From Paraspadella gotoi (taxonomy: Eukaryota; Animalia; Chaetognatha), in contig CM119263.1 in the NCBI GenBank assembly GCA_051294375.1, positions 29,661,962-29,725,961 on the forward strand: 64,000 nt of DNA. Reading direction: 5' to 3'. The notes under the pieces were generated by a model that was given only the letters and a program-made list of their open reading frames with translations, did no database searches and was not told where the DNA came from. The position numbers were made by a program, and so were the translations under genes. Positions 38,641-52,604 of this stretch are shown one piece after another (position 1 is the first letter of the stretch; every line of letters starts with the position of its first letter).

Positions 38641-41523
38641 GGGAGCGAGAGGAAATAAAGGGTTGAGAGTCGAGATGTTGACCGTCGTAAAGGTAAGTTT
38701 AATTCGATGGTCGAATCTGGGTAAGGGAAGTGGATAGGGATGAGGTCAGACATTGGGCATGGGACAAGGGACATGGGACATAGCACGTGGGACACAGACG
38801 GTTAGTTGATAACTCTCTCTTTTCCTCTCTTTCTTAACGATTCAGTCCCAACTGTGAAAAAGGAAGAGTGAGAGAGAGAGAGAGAGAGANNNNNNNNNNN
38901 NNNNNNNNNNNNNNNNNNNNNNNNNNNNNNNNNNNNNNNNNNNNNNNNNNNNNNNNNNNNNNNNNNNNNNNNNNNNNNNNNNNNNNNNNNNNNNNNNNNN
39001 NNNNNNNNNNNNNNNNNNNNNNNNNNNNNNNNNNNNNNNNAAGGCTACGTTCGTGGGTAAATGCAGCTCGCCAGGAAAGAGGTCAGGTAACTGGGCCACA
39101 TCTATGGTCAGCACCATGAATATTCCATTTCGCCAATTTCAACACCATTTCTCCGTCGGGAGATTAAAATCTAGGATGACGACGACGACGACGACGAAGA
39201 AGAAGACGATGATAACGACGACGATGACGACGACGATGATCATGACGACGATAAGAAAGACAAACACGATGCATGTGATGATAGGGACGACGACGATGGA
39301 GATGACGGCGATGACGACGACGACAACGATGACGACGACGATGAGGACGACGACGACGACAAACCCAATGACATCGGCTGAGAATCTATTTTTAGAAGAG
39401 TCACATTTGCATTATTGAGCGCGAAATATGNNNNNNNNNNNNNNNNNNNNNNNNNNNNNNNNNNNNNNNNNNNNNNNNNNNNNNNNNNNNNNNNNNNNNN
39501 NNNNNNNNNNNNNNNNNNNNNNNNNNNNNNNNNNNNNNNNNNNNNNNNNNNNNNNNNNNNNNNNNNNNNNNNNNNNNNNGAGACTGAGTGAGAGATTACT
39601 ATAGCAACATAAAACAGCATTTCAGCGAAACGAAATATTTTAATTCTGATATCAGCCGATATATATTCGAATATGGGATATAAAAAAGTGGAAGCTTACT
39701 TAAAATTCATAAACATTTATTAAATATTAATGTTATTATGAATTCAAACAAAAAATGGCAGAAAATGGCCATTAGGAGAAAAAAACATAGAGAAAAAAAA
39801 TCATCTCATCTTTCAGGATCCAATTTTGGTGAGTTTACTCCATGTTTTCTTTGACCTTTTCTTTATTCAAGTCCAACCTCTCATTTTTTCCCTTTTTTCC
39901 TCATTTTTTTCTTCATTTTTTTCCTTTTTCCCCCTTTCTTTTTACTTTTTGCAGCTTTTTTTTATCTTTTCCTTCTTTTTTCTCCTTTTTCTCCTTTTCC
40001 ATCCTTTTTTCCTCTTTTTCTTTTCNNNNNNNNNNNNNNNNNNNNNNNNNNNNNNNNNNNNNNNNNNNNNNNNNNNNNNNNNNNNNNNNNNNNNNNNNNN
40101 NNNNNNNNNNNNNNNNNNNNNNNNNNNNNNNNNNNNNNNNNNNNNNNNNNNNNNNNNNNNNNNNNNNNNNNNNNNNNNNNNNNNNNNNNNNNNNNNNNNN
40201 NNNNNNNNNNNNNNNNNNNNNNNNNNNNNNNNNNNNNNNNNNNNNNNNNNNNNNNNNNNNNNNNNNNNNNNNNNNNNNNNNNNNNNNNNNNNNNNNNNNN
40301 NNNNNNNNNNNNNNNNNNNNNNNNNNNNNTTTATCCTTTCTTTTTCCTCCTTTTTTTCCCCTTTTCCTTATTTTTTTATCCTTTCATTTTTCCATAATTT
40401 TCTTTTATGACTTTCGCCATTTTTTTCCCTCTGATTTTCTTCCTTCTTCCTTCCTCTCCCCCCCCTCCGCCCCCAGTTTTTCTTTTTCTCTCTTTTATCT
40501 TTTTCTTTGTCTTTTAATGTCTTTTTTTTCCAAAACTTTTTCTTTTTTTCTCGTTGCTTTTTTTTATTTTGCTTTCACGAGTTTCGCTTCTACTTTGTTA
40601 ATTGATTTTTTTGGTTTTATTTGCTTTTTTCTCTCTCTCTCAATTTAAAGTTAATTCTTTTTTTATCTTTCCAAATTTACTCTACTTTCTTTCCTTTTTA
40701 TTTTCCTTCTTAAAACCATTTTTTCGATTTTTCGTTTGTTTTTACAGCAATGTTATTTTTGCCTTCTCTTTCTTTACCGCTGTTCCTTCTCTTTTTCTTT
40801 TACTTTCTTCCTTTTACTTTTTTTCTTTCCTTTCTTTTTCCTTTTTCATTACACTTTANNNNNNNNNNTTTACTTTCTTCCTTTGACTTTTTTTCTTTCC
40901 TTTCTATTTCCTTTTCCATTTTATTTTCTTTTCATTTTCATTACACTTTACTTTTTCTTTACTCTTCCCTTTCATTTCCTTTTTATTTCAATTTCCTTTT
41001 CCTTTCCCTTTTTCTTACCTTTCTCTATCCTATTCCTTTTCTTTTCCCTTTCTCTTTCCTTTTACTTTACTCTTCCTTTCCCTTTACTTTTCCTTTCCCC
41101 TTTTCCCCTTTCCTTTCCCTTTCATTTTCCTTTTCCTTTCCATTTCCTTTTCCTTTTCCTTTCTTTTTCCTTTTCGTTTCCTCTTTTTCCCTTTCTTTTT
41201 CCCTTTTCTTTCCCCTTTTACCCCTTTCCAATTCCTTATATTTTCCCTTTCTCTTCCCTTTCTTTTTCTTACCTATTTTTTTCCTTTTCTTTTCCTTTTC
41301 TTTTTCCTTTTCCTTTTCTTTTCCCTTTCCCTTTCCTTTCTTTTTCTTTCTTATTTTTTCACTTTTCATTTCCTTTTCTTTTTCCTTTTCTTTTTCCTTT
41401 CTTTTTCCTTTATTTTTATTTCCCTGTCTCTCCTCGTTTTTCTTGTTTCTTCATTTTTCTTTTTTCTCTTCTTCCATATATTCTAATCTCTTCTATTCCT
41501 TTCCTCGCCCTCCCTATCCATCT

Positions 41524-41580
<57 letters not shown>

Positions 41581-41693
41581 CTCTCTCTCTCCTTTTTCGT
41601 TCTTTTAATCTGCGAAACTTTTCTATTTTCTTCCTTTCGCGTCGGACAAGCGAGGGACGGAGAGAGAGCGAGAGATAGGAAGAGAGAGAGACG

Positions 41694-41731
<38 letters not shown>

Positions 41732-41797
41732 GAAATGGTGAAGAAAGACGAGAAAAACTGTGAATCGACCAGGAGACGTGAAGCGTTGTCCCCGACA

Positions 41798-41872
41798 CGT
41801 TGTCACGTTGTCAATTTGTCACGTTGTCAATTTGTCACTTTGTCGATTTGTCACGTCGTTAATTTGTCACGT
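41798..41872 (+). repeat. 16-bp tandem repeat (tgtcaatttgtcacgt), about 4-5 copies
   Basis: Read directly from the sequence. Confidence 0.85.
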
Positions 41873-42739
41873 CTACTTCTCGTATTTGCAACTTTTCACG
41901 ATGTAGTAGAATCGTAAAGCTTAATTAACCGAATATAATAATATCAAAGTTTTATTTTTGTCATGTCCTTTCACGTCATCGTTATTTAATCTGGTTAATT
42001 TATTCGAATAGGATCGTAGAAATAGGAGCGATAAAATATATAATATAACCTTGTACTTTTCACACTTAACGACGAGTAAAAAGAATGTCACGTGAGACAT
42101 GGAACGGCTCGGTTGATTTTTCACGCTCGAGTGATATCTCCAGTTTTCTCTACGCCTCGTATCGACAACCAATGGAATCAGGGATAATAAACAAACTAGA
42201 TCACGTAAAAGATCCCCTTATAAATGATCCAGTTTCAATTAACTCCATTCCAGCTCCACCATCGACATGCTCCAGTATAAACCGGCTCCAGTCGTGACCT
42301 CCTCGCGTGGGAAGACACTTTCGTCACGACGACCCGCGCAGGGGCGAGCGAGGGCGTGGACCGGTCGAGCCAGACCGGGCGTGGGAGGCGAAGGAGGCGG
42401 CCATGGGAGTCAATGTTGTTATAGGGCGATAGGGGGCCGGGGGTGAGAGGCGGAGGTGGGAGGGTGGGGGGCGCAGGTGGTGGTGTGAGGTAGGGGGGTT
42501 GAGGGTAGACTGGGTAGTGGAGGTGGTCGAGATAAAAAATGGCGAAGGAAATGAGATGAATCGATGAAGTATTGAAATCAAGAAAGGGATTCGAACTGTA
42601 CAACAAATATTACAGATTATCGATTCACTTAATAAATATGTTATCTCGTCCCAGACTTTGGTAATTTAAGATTATTTCGACAGTATTTATTTTTATTTTT
42701 CAACAGTGATAAGAAGATGTGATAAGTGATAAGAAGAAT

Positions 42740-42985
42740 GTCACTAAAGATCATTCTGACATCATAGGCGATAATACTTCTGAGGCTATTAAATATTATT
42801 CTAACACCATAGGCATTAAGCTTTCCATTAAATATTATTCTTACACCATAGCTTATTAGCTTTCCATTTCATCAAAGATCATTTTGACATCAAAGACGAT
42901 AAGCTTTCCATGTCATTAAAGATCATTCTGACATCAAAGGCGATAAACTGTCCACGTCATTAAAGATCATTCTGCCTTCAATGTC
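42740..42985 (+). repeat. ~40-45-bp tandem repeat (cattaaagatcattctgacatcaaaggcgataagctttcca), about 6 degenerate copies
   Basis: aaagatcattctgacatc and the related aaatattattct.acacc recur. Confidence 0.8.
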
Positions 42986-45082
42986 ATATATATATAATAT
43001 ATATATATATAATTATATATCTGATATATCAGACTCTAAAGCCACGAAATTCTTGCGGTTAAACGATTTTGAATCTGGAAAACCGAAACAAAATTTGATA
43101 AACATTTTTTGACTTCGATTCGATGGGGATTTAGATTTCACCTTTCGTCGTCGTCGTCGTCGTCGTCGTTGTTATTGTCGTTGTCGTTGTTAAAGTCGTC
43201 GTCGTCGTCGGCGCAACCATGACAGATCATATTTTCCATTCAGCGAATTTCCCTCGCATTTTTTACACATTTATTCAAAAAAAAATTTCGAGCTATTTTT
43301 CATTTCTAATCTTTTAAAATAATATGATCTTTTCTTTCTTTTTACACATATTATTATTATTACACTTAACCTTCATTTAAGTAAGTAGATAGGAATTTCA
43401 ATATGAAACCAAAGTGGGATTTTATTATCAGAAAATAAAGAAGACGAAGCCAATTTTTATTTTAAAAAAAACTTATTTTCTTTTATTTTATATTCAGCAT
43501 CTTCTGTTTTTTTCCCAATATTTTTTTTCAAAAAAATGTCTTTTCCTTTTTTTTCATTTCCTTTTTCCTCCGTTTTTCCTTTTCCTCCTACGTTTAGACC
43601 GAAACTCAATGCTCACGGGTCAAGGGGTCATGTTTGGTCAAATTTTTCATTCATTTTTTCTTTTTCTCACGTTTTTTCCTTTTTTTTTCAATTTTTCCTT
43701 TTTTTTCCCTTTTCATCGAAAACGGGACGAAAAAACATATCAGAATTTAAAAAAGTAAAATTTTTTTTNNNNNNNNNNNNNNNNNNNNNNNNNNNNNNNN
43801 NNNNNNNNNNNNNNNNNNNNNNNNNNNNNNNNNNNNNNNNNNNNNNNNNNNNNNNNNNNNNNNNNNNNNNNNNNNNNNNNNNNNNNNNNNNNNNNNNNNN
43901 NNNNNNNNNNNNNNNNNNNNNNNNNNNNNNNNNNNNNNNNNNNNNNNNNNNNNNNNNNNNNNNNNNNNNNNNNNNNNNNNNNNNNNNNNNNNNNNNNNNN
44001 NNNNNNNNNNNNTCCTTCCTCCTAAACAACTTTAAAATCGCATAATATGAGCTGATGCCAGAAGGAGGTCGTCTAGTTGTAGTTCATTTATTGATAAATA
44101 ACATTTCAATAACCTTTTATCACTATTTAAAACTTTATAGAACATTAAGCTCTTTTTGAATGTTTTTTTCCCTATTATCCTCGCCGTCTTTTCTTTTTAG
44201 TTTAACTTCGGCGGCCATCTTGTTTCCTCAGCTTCTTGTTTCCTCTTGTTTCCTTCTTGTTTCCTCAGCTTCGTTCTCGATTCGTAATTGATCAATCAAT
44301 AAGCTATGAAGGCTGAGTTCTAAAGCGACGAATATAGATGTGAAAAACGCGACACGAATAAACAGTAATAGTATTAAGTAATTAACTGTAAAAGTGTCGT
44401 TAATCTTTTGCCTTAAATACATAACTAAATATTAAAAAAGAGAATCAGCGTCAAGTTTTCAATTTTTATTTCTTTTTATTTGATGGAATTTAATTCCATC
44501 GCTTTGGTCACGTGACTTCTGGGCGTTGAATGGTGAGGTGTGAACGCAAGAACGTGATTACTGATCAGTCGTGATCCGTGAAATGTTAACTTTTCTCATT
44601 TTTTATATATTTTTATTAGTAAAACTTTTATAGGGCAAGGGAGTTTTTCATTGTTTTTTTTATATATTTTATGCTAAAGCTTCTGCGGTTTCTGTTCAAG
44701 TCTCCTCCATGAAAACCCAAATCCCTGCAACTTTATCTTTCTACCTTTTTCCCGCATCATATCGTACCCCATGTTTTTTTCCCTAAATCCTGCTTTTTTT
44801 CCTTTGCCATGTTTTTGGAGAAAAACACCTTCAATTTTTGTATATCGCTGCAACGAAGCAAAAAAAGAAAAAAAACCATGCTGTAGCAATGAATTCGACA
44901 GCAGCTGCANNNNNNNNNNNNNNNNNNNNNNNNNNNNNNNNNNNNNNNNNNNNNNNNNNNNNNNNNNNNNNNNNNNNNNNNNNNNNNNNNNNNNNNNNNN
45001 NNNNNNNNNNNNNNNNNNNNNNNNNNNNNNNNAGAGAGAGAGAGAGAGAGAGAGGTGCAAAATTAGACTGAAAAGAGAATAA

Positions 45083-45233
45083 AAACAAGAACTGTAATTC
45101 CAATGTGTTGCGCCGCAGTGACCTTATTTTCACGATATGACATGATATGACATGACATGAAATGATATGACATGATTAAAAAACTTTCTTTGCCCGTGTA
45201 TTTATGAGTTATGACATGCACTGCATCAAAATT
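45083..45233 (+). mobile_element. 5' part of a family A element, truncated by a gap, with expanded (GACAT/GATAT)n
   Basis: aaacaagaac..tgtgttgcgccgcagtgac.ttatttt..gacatgattaaaaaa..tttgccc.tgtattt..tatgacat.cactgcat.aaaatt is nearly identical to 11585-11703. Confidence 0.8.
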
Positions 45234-45763
45234 NNNNNNNNNNNNNNNNNNNNNNNNNNNNNNNNNNNNNNNNNNNNNNNNNNNNNNNNNNNNNNNNNNN
45301 NNNNNNNNNNNNNNNNNNNNNNNNNNNNNNNNNNNNNNNNNNNNNNNNNNNNNNNNNNNNNNNNNNNNNNNNNNNNNNNNNNNNNNNNNNNNNNNNNNNN
45401 NNNNNNNNNNNNNNNNNNNNNNNNNNNNNNNNNNNNNNNNNNNNNNNNNNNNNNNNNNNNNNNNNNNNNNNNNNNNNNNNNNNNNNNNNNNNACTAAAAA
45501 AAGGAGGAAGATGAAAAAATATTAACGATCGTTTTGTAAAGAAGAAAATATGAATTAACGTATCGAGGAAATTGATGGATTGAAGACGTGAGGGAGAAGA
45601 GATGAGTGATGGAGAGGAGGAGGAGGAGGAGGAGGAGGAGGAGGAGGAAGGGAACGAGGGTGATGAAAAATATTGGGAAGGGTGCAGTTTATATTTTGGA
45701 ATTTTGGAAAATAGCATAAACGACGAAATGGTGGAACCGTGGAAGAAGTAGAACTATATTTAA

Positions 45764-45950
45764 TACATTCTTTGAGACTTTATACCACTTATTGGAAAGC
45801 CAGGTACTCTGGCAGTGAATTAACGAGACTGATGGAAAGCTTGCAGGGCCCTACTTTGTTATTATCTTGTAAGAGTGTTGGAGATCTTAACAAAACCATA
45901 GACGGTCCAAAGTCTGGGGCTAGATAGCTTATTTATTGAATGAACGGATA
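45764..45950 (+). repeat. Interspersed repeat family B copy
   Basis: acattctttga..gccaggtactctggcagtgaat..gaaagcttgcaggg..ttatcttgtaagagtg..gatagcttatttattgaatgaacggata. Confidence 0.8.
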
Positions 45951-48228
45951 ATAATATTGGTTGTAGCAATTTCTTTAATTAATTAGAAACGGAATGGGGA
46001 AAACGGGACAGAGAAAAAGTGGAGGAAGGACTAAGTAATAAGAAAATAAAGGAAAGAGCAAAAGGAGCAAAAGAGAAGAGCTGAAAAAGCTGAGAAAGAG
46101 AAGAAGTAAAGAGTGTGGAAAAAGAGAAGGAAAGGAGAAAAGAAATGGAGAAAAAGTAGAGAAAAAGGGGAGGAAGAGAATAAAAAGAGGGAGTGAATGA
46201 TTTCTAAGAAATGAGGACGAAAAAAAAAAAGATGACAGTCGATCGAAAGAAAAGAGAAACGATCGGGAGAAGCGAAGCTGAAAATATTAAAATCGCCGAT
46301 GAAAGGGAGATATTATCTCTCTCTCTNNNNNNNNNNNNNNNNNNNNNNNNNNNNNNNNNNNNNNNNNNNNNNNNNNNNNNNNNNNNNNNNNNNNNNNNNN
46401 NNNNNNNNNNNNNNNNNNNNNNNNNNNNNNNNNNNNNNNNNNNNNNNNNNNNNNNNNNNNNNNNNNNNNNNNNNNNNNNNNNNNNNNNNNNNNNNNNNNN
46501 NNNNNNNNNNNNNNNNNNNNNNNNNNNNNNNNNNNNNNNNNNNNNNNNNNNNNNNNNNNNNNNNNNNNNNNNNNNNNNNNNNNNNNNNNNNNNNNNNNNN
46601 NNNNNNNNNNCGTCGACCCAAAATTCGGGGTCACGACTTCGCGATCGACGGAGCGTGACGAGCGCCATCTATTCGCCAGATGCCGAAGACAGATGCGAAC
46701 GACAGATGCGAACGACAGATGCAGTCTAGAAATGCAGTCATACATTATAATAAAAATTATACGAACTATGTAGTCTCTTCAGCATTCAAATTGTTGACTT
46801 TTAGTTAGTATTATACTTTTGCGACTGTCATCGAATGGCATAGATTNNNNNNNNNNNNNNNNNNNNNNNNNNNNNNNNNNNNNNNNNNNNNNNNNNNNNN
46901 NNNNNNNNNNNNNNNNNNNNNNNNNNNNNNNNNNNNNNNNNNNNNNNNNNNNNNNNNNNNNNNNNNNNNNNNNNNNNNNNNNNNNNNNNNNNNNNNNNNN
47001 NNNNNNNNNNNNNNNNNNNNNNNNNNNNNNNNNNNNNNNNNNNNNNNNNNNNNNNNNNNNNNNNNNNNNNNNNNNNNNNNNNNNNNNNNNNNNNNNNNNN
47101 NNNNNNNNNNNNNNNNNNNNNNNNNNNNNNNNNNNNNNNNNNNNNNNNNNNNNNNNNNNNNNNNNNNNNNNNNNNNNNNNNNNNNNNNNNNNNNNNNNNN
47201 NNNNNNNNNNNNNNNNNNNNNNNNNNNNNNNNNNNNNNNNNNNNNNNNNNNNNNNNNNNNNNNNNNNNNNNNNNNNNNNNNNNNNNNNNNNNNNNNNNNN
47301 NNNNNNNNNNNNNNNNNNNNNNNNNNNNNNNNNNNNNNNNNNNNNNNNNNNNNNNNNNNNNNNNNNNNNNNNNNNNNNNNNNNNNNNNNNNNNNNNNNNN
47401 NNNNNNNNNNNNNNNNNNNNNNNNNNNNNNNNNNNNNNNNNNNNNNNNNNNNNNNNNNNNNNNNNNNNNNNNNNNNNNNNNNNNNNNNNNNNNNNNNNNN
47501 NNNNNNNNNNNNNNNNNNNNNNNNNNNNNNNNNNNNNNNNNNNNNNNNNNNNNNNNNNNNNNNNNNNNNNNNNNNNNNNNNNNNNNNNNNNNNNNNNNNN
47601 NNNNNNNNNNNNNNNNNNNNNNNNNNNNNNNNNNNNNNNNNNNNNNNNNNNNNNNNNNNNNNNNNNNNNNNNNNNNNNNNNNNNNNNNNNNNNNNNNNNN
47701 NNNNNNNNNNNNNNNNNNNNNNNNNNNNNNNNNNNNNNNNNNNNNNNNNNNNNNNNNNNNNNNNNNNNNNNNNNNNNNNNAAAGAGTTAGTAAGATAGTT
47801 ATTTTAACTATAATATAATAATATATAAAATATAATATAACTAATAATTCAATAACTAAAGAAATAACTAGAATAACTACATAGAGAAATCGTAATCTAA
47901 GAATATTGGTGAACCAAAACGAAAAAAGAACAAAAAGAAGAAAAGTAGGAATGTGAAAAAAAAAGAAAGAAAGTGAGAAAAAGAATAAAAAAACTTAAAA
48001 GTAAAATGAATAACAATTGGGACATGAACGGGACCGAAAAAGGGATAAGGACAAAGAAAAGGGAAAAAGACAAGAAAAAAGAGGACAAAGATAATGACGG
48101 AAAAGCGGACAGTTGAGGGGAAAGAAAAGCTGAAGAGAGATCTTAAAAGTGGAAATTTAAAAAAAGGGTAAGAGAAGCAGACGATAAAGCGGACAAAAAA
48201 ATTGGAGTAGTTTTTTTATACGATTGAA

Positions 48229-48420
48229 ACATTATTTAAAACATTATACAAAAATTCATTGATAGAGAAGCGAGGGACTCTAGAGGTTAATAAACTAGAA
48301 TGTCAGAGAATCTTGTTTGAAAGCTTGCAGTGACCTGCTATTATCCTGTTATTATCTTGCAAGAGTGATGGAGGCCTTAAAGTCGGGAGAAAGACAGCTT
48401 ATTTATTAAACGAATGGATA
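48229..48420 (+). repeat. Interspersed repeat family B copy
   Basis: aacattat..ttcattgatagagaagc..gaaagcttgcagtgacctgc..ttatcttgcaagagtgatggaggccttaaa..cagcttatttattaaacgaatggata. Confidence 0.8.
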
Positions 48421-49080
48421 ATTTTTATATTTTTTTGAATAATTTCATGGACAAGAGAGAGTGGAAAAAGAGGTTTTGTGAAAAGAGTTGAAAAACCTGG
48501 AATAAAAATTAGGAGGAGAGAGTCGACAGCACGCTTTTTAATTGAATGGAAAAACATTTTCGATCTGACGTAGCTCAATTCTTTGGCTTTAGTTTAANNN
48601 NNNNNNNNNNNNNNNNNNNNNNNNNNNNNNNNNNNNNNNNNNNNNNNNNNNNNNNNNNNNNNNNNNNNNNNNNNNNNNNNNNNNNNNNNNNNNNNNNNNN
48701 NNNNNNNNNNNNNNNNNNNNNNNNNNNNNNNNNNNNNNNNNNNNNNNNNNNNNNNNNNNNNNNNNNNNNNNNNNNNNNNNNNNNNNNNNNNNNNNNNNNN
48801 NNNNNNNNNNNNNNNNNNNNNNNNNNNNNNNNNNNNNNNNNNNNNNNNNNNNNNNNNNNNNNNNNNNNNNNNNNNNNNNNNNNNNNNNNNNNNNNNNNNN
48901 NNNNNNNNNNNNNNNNNNNNNNNNNNNNNNNNNNNNNNNNNNNNNNNNNNNNNNNNNNNNNNNNNNNNNNNNNNNNNNNNNNNNNGAGGAGGAGGAGGAG
49001 GAAGATGACTAAAAGGGCGAGAAGAGGGGAAGGGCAACAAAAGCAATTCAATGATAAAAACATCAATCAAATCTGGAAAG

Positions 49081-49134
<54 letters not shown>

Positions 49135-50674
49135 AATAAAGCCTCCTTTCTCAGAATGTCCCTCGCTTTAGTGCGAAGGTCGACGGTTCGAATCCTCCCT
49201 TTCCCCTTTTTTCATTTCATNNNNNNNNNNNNNNNNNNNNNNNNNNNNNNNNNNNNNNNNNNNNNNNNNNNNNNNNNNNNNNNNNNNNNNNNNNNNNNNN
49301 NNNNNNNNNNNNNNNNNNNNNNNNNNNNNNNNNNNNNNNNNNNNNNNNNNNNNNNNNNNNNNNNNNNNNNNNNNNNNNNNNNNNNNNNNNNNNNNNNNNN
49401 NNNNNNNNNNNNNNNNNNNNNNNNNNNNNNNNNNNNNNNNNNNNNNNNNNNNNNNNNNNNNNNNNNNNNNNNNNNNNNNNNNNNNNNGGGGTGGGGATGT
49501 AGCTGACTGCTGAGGGGAGAAAAAAGGTTTTTGAGAGGGGAGAGAAAAATGAGATAGAGTTTATTACTATTTTATTGCGTGGAGGTGAAATCAGAAATAG
49601 CAATTGGAATCGAATTCGGCAAGGGAAAGCAGGGGAGGGCAGGGCAAGCAAGGGTAGGGAGAAAATGTTGACAGTAGGAAGAGAATGAAAGCGAAATTGT
49701 CGAGTGGCCTCGTCTGATTCTTTTGAATTCAATAAAAAAAAGGAAAAAAATAATAAAGAAAAAGAAAAGACAAGGACGTTTTAAAAAACGACGACGACGA
49801 CGACGACGACCAAATAAAGACGCAATTATGTCCTCAACGTTTGACTCTTCTTCTCTTGAAGCGGAAANNNNNNNNNNTGAGAGATTTTTAAAAGCCGAGA
49901 AGACTCATCAGTCAAAGAAACGAAGTTCATTGTGAACCATAAAAAAGATGAACTTGGAAATTAACTAATGACAAAAACCGAAGAGATAAAAAAATAAATC
50001 TCTTTTTGTCGCATAAGATTTTTTTTTGAAAGAGAAGAAAAGGTTGTTCACAATGAGATAGAAAGAATGAGAGATAGAAAGAGTGAAAGACAAAAAAAGT
50101 GAAAGAAAGAACGAAAGAATGAAAGAAAAGGAATAATGAAATTATAAAAGAAAGATAGAAAAACAGAGAGAGACGAAAGAAAAAAAGAAAATAGATAGTA
50201 GAGAGAAAAAAAAACAATGATATAAGTTCATCATTTTTCAATTTCATATTTGACTGAATAAAAAAATTAGATTAAAGGCAAAGACAAGAAAAGGGTCATT
50301 CACCGGAGGCAATGACGTGATAAATTCAGTTGTGTCGTGTGATCGGTGAATGTTATCAAACGTCTTAGAAAAAGAATTGGCCATAATTACATTTTTTTAC
50401 TTTCTATTCGAGTTTAGGTCATACGTAATGTGTCTCCACAAGTTGAATATCGTTCGGTGAATAAAATAAATAAGGCAACGCTCGGGGCGATCGCGATATT
50501 AAAATACTTTCCCGGATCTCTCACAGTGAAAAAACATCCCAAGGATGAGAAAGCGACGTCCTTCTGCAAACATCAACGACAACAACAACGACAACGAAAA
50601 CAACGAGGAAAACAAGCGTCGTCCCTGCGGTGACGTCAACGTCTTTGGAGGCAAATTCCTCCCTTTTCTCATTG

Positions 50675-51155
50675 AAAGAAGAGAAAAGGGAGGAAGAGGA
50701 AGAAAAGGGAGGAAGAGGAAGAAAAGGGAGGAAGGAGAAGAAAGGGAGGAAGAAGAGGAAAGGGAGGAAAAAGAGGAAAGGAAGAAAGAGGAAAAGAAGG
50801 AAGAAGATGAAAGAGAGGAAAAAGAGGAAAGGGAGGAAGAAGAAAAAGAAAGGAAGAAGAGAAAAAGGAGGAAAAAGAGGAAAGAAAGAAAGCAAAGGAA
50901 AGGAAGGAAAAAGAGGAAAGGGAGGAAAAAGAGGAAGAAAAGAGAGGAAGAAGAGGAAAGGGAGGCAGAAGAGAAAAGGAAGGAAGAAGAGGAAAGGGAG
51001 GAAGAAGAGGAAAGAAAGGAAGAAGAGAAAAAAGCGAAAGAAGAGGAAAAAGGGAGGAAAAGGGAAGAAAGAAAAGAAGAAAAAAGAAGAGGAAAAAGAG
51101 AAAGAAGAGGAAAAAGGGAGGAAAATAGGAAAAGAAAAAAGAAAAAAGAAGAGGA
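50675..51155 (+). repeat. Pure purine low-complexity tract (~18-bp gaagaggaaagggaggaa periodicity)
   Basis: Read directly from the sequence; it is the source of spurious K/R/E and F/L/P ORFs. Confidence 0.85.
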
Positions 51156-52289
51156 TGAGACGACGCAAAGAAAAGCTGTTATTCAGCGTTTTTTGAACGA
51201 ACACTGAGTGGAATGGAGGAGATTAGGAGCGACGCCGGGCGCCGATTGGAGTTGGGGGGAGGTGGGGGATCGTGGGGGAGGTGGCGAGGGTGAGAGAAGA
51301 TGGGGAGAGTGGGAAATAGAATGCAGGGCGTGGGGAAGGACTGAATCTAAAAAGACTTAATAAAGGAAAGTTAAAAATGAGATGGAATGAAAGGATAAAA
51401 GAACTAATGAAGAAAAGAACAGAAGAAGAAGAAAAAGATGAACAAATGAACTCAAGAACAAAGAATATATGAACAAATGAACGAATGAACAAAAGAACAA
51501 ATGATAATTATGGAAAGAGAGATGGAGAAAATGGTGCAGTGGGTTGAAAAGGCGATGATTATAAGACTAAGAAAAAGATGGAAAACTGAGGAGAAAAAAT
51601 AACATAAAAGGAGAAACGTCAAACAAGAAAGACTGATGAAAATAAAACAAAGTCTTTTGAATGAGAAGATTTGAAAGAGGGTGGGAGAATGAGAAGGAGA
51701 ACGAGGGGGAGAATTAAAAGTGAGGAGAAGAATGATAAGGAGAATGAAGGGAAAAAGGAGAGGATGAATGATGAGGGGAATGAAAGAAAGAATGAAGAGA
51801 AAAATGAGTGGAAGAATGAGAAGGGGTTTGAAAAAGAGAATGTTTGAATAAGAGAATATGATAGGAATAAGAACATAATGGCAGGAAAGTTGGAAAAATC
51901 AAACTATATAAATGTCATTTAGAAGCGTCAAAGGAAGAAAGAATACGAAACGTCATAATCGAGAGAGAGAGAGAGAGACGAGAGAGAGAGAGACGAGAGA
52001 GAGAGAGAGAGAGACGAGCAGAGAGAGAGAGAGACGAGAGCGAAAAGGAAATTAATTTTAAGACTTTTATAAGAAACTGAGATTAAAAGAAAGAAAAAAA
52101 ATCGAATCTAAGAAGGAAAAGAGAGAAAAAAAGTTTGTATTCAAAATGGCGAACGAATTCATTAACTCCATTTGAATATTTGATACATGGCTTCCTCAGT
52201 CGACGTCTTCGTCGTCGTCGTCGTCGTCGTTGTCGTCGTCAAAAGAATAAACAAAAAGACAAAAAGATCGACATAGTCATTTTTTTTGC

Positions 52290-52495
52290 CATTGTCATTA
52301 TATTCATCATCATTATCATTATCATAATCATCATCATCATCAGCATCATCATTATCATAATCATCATCATCGTCATCATCATCATCATCAACATCATCAT
52401 CATCATCAACATAATCATCATCATCGTCATAATTTTTATAATCATCATCATCAGCATTATAATATCATCATCAAATCATCAAAATCATCATCTCC
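52290..52495 (+). repeat. Degenerate (ATC)n tract
   Basis: Read directly from the sequence. Confidence 0.9.
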
Positions 52496-52502
52496 ATCTC
52501 AA

Positions 52503-52543
<41 letters not shown>

Positions 52544-52566
52544 TCGTCTCTCTCTCTCTCTCTCTC

Positions 52567-52604
<38 letters not shown>

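Noticed and set aside
39041-39175. Complex segment as a possible exon
   Set aside because: Frames from the nearest minus-strand acceptor hit stops, there is no LRR pattern, and it is truncated by a gap.
50521-51207. 220-aa K/R/E-rich ORFs
   Set aside because: A pure purine tract open on both strands with no coding signature.
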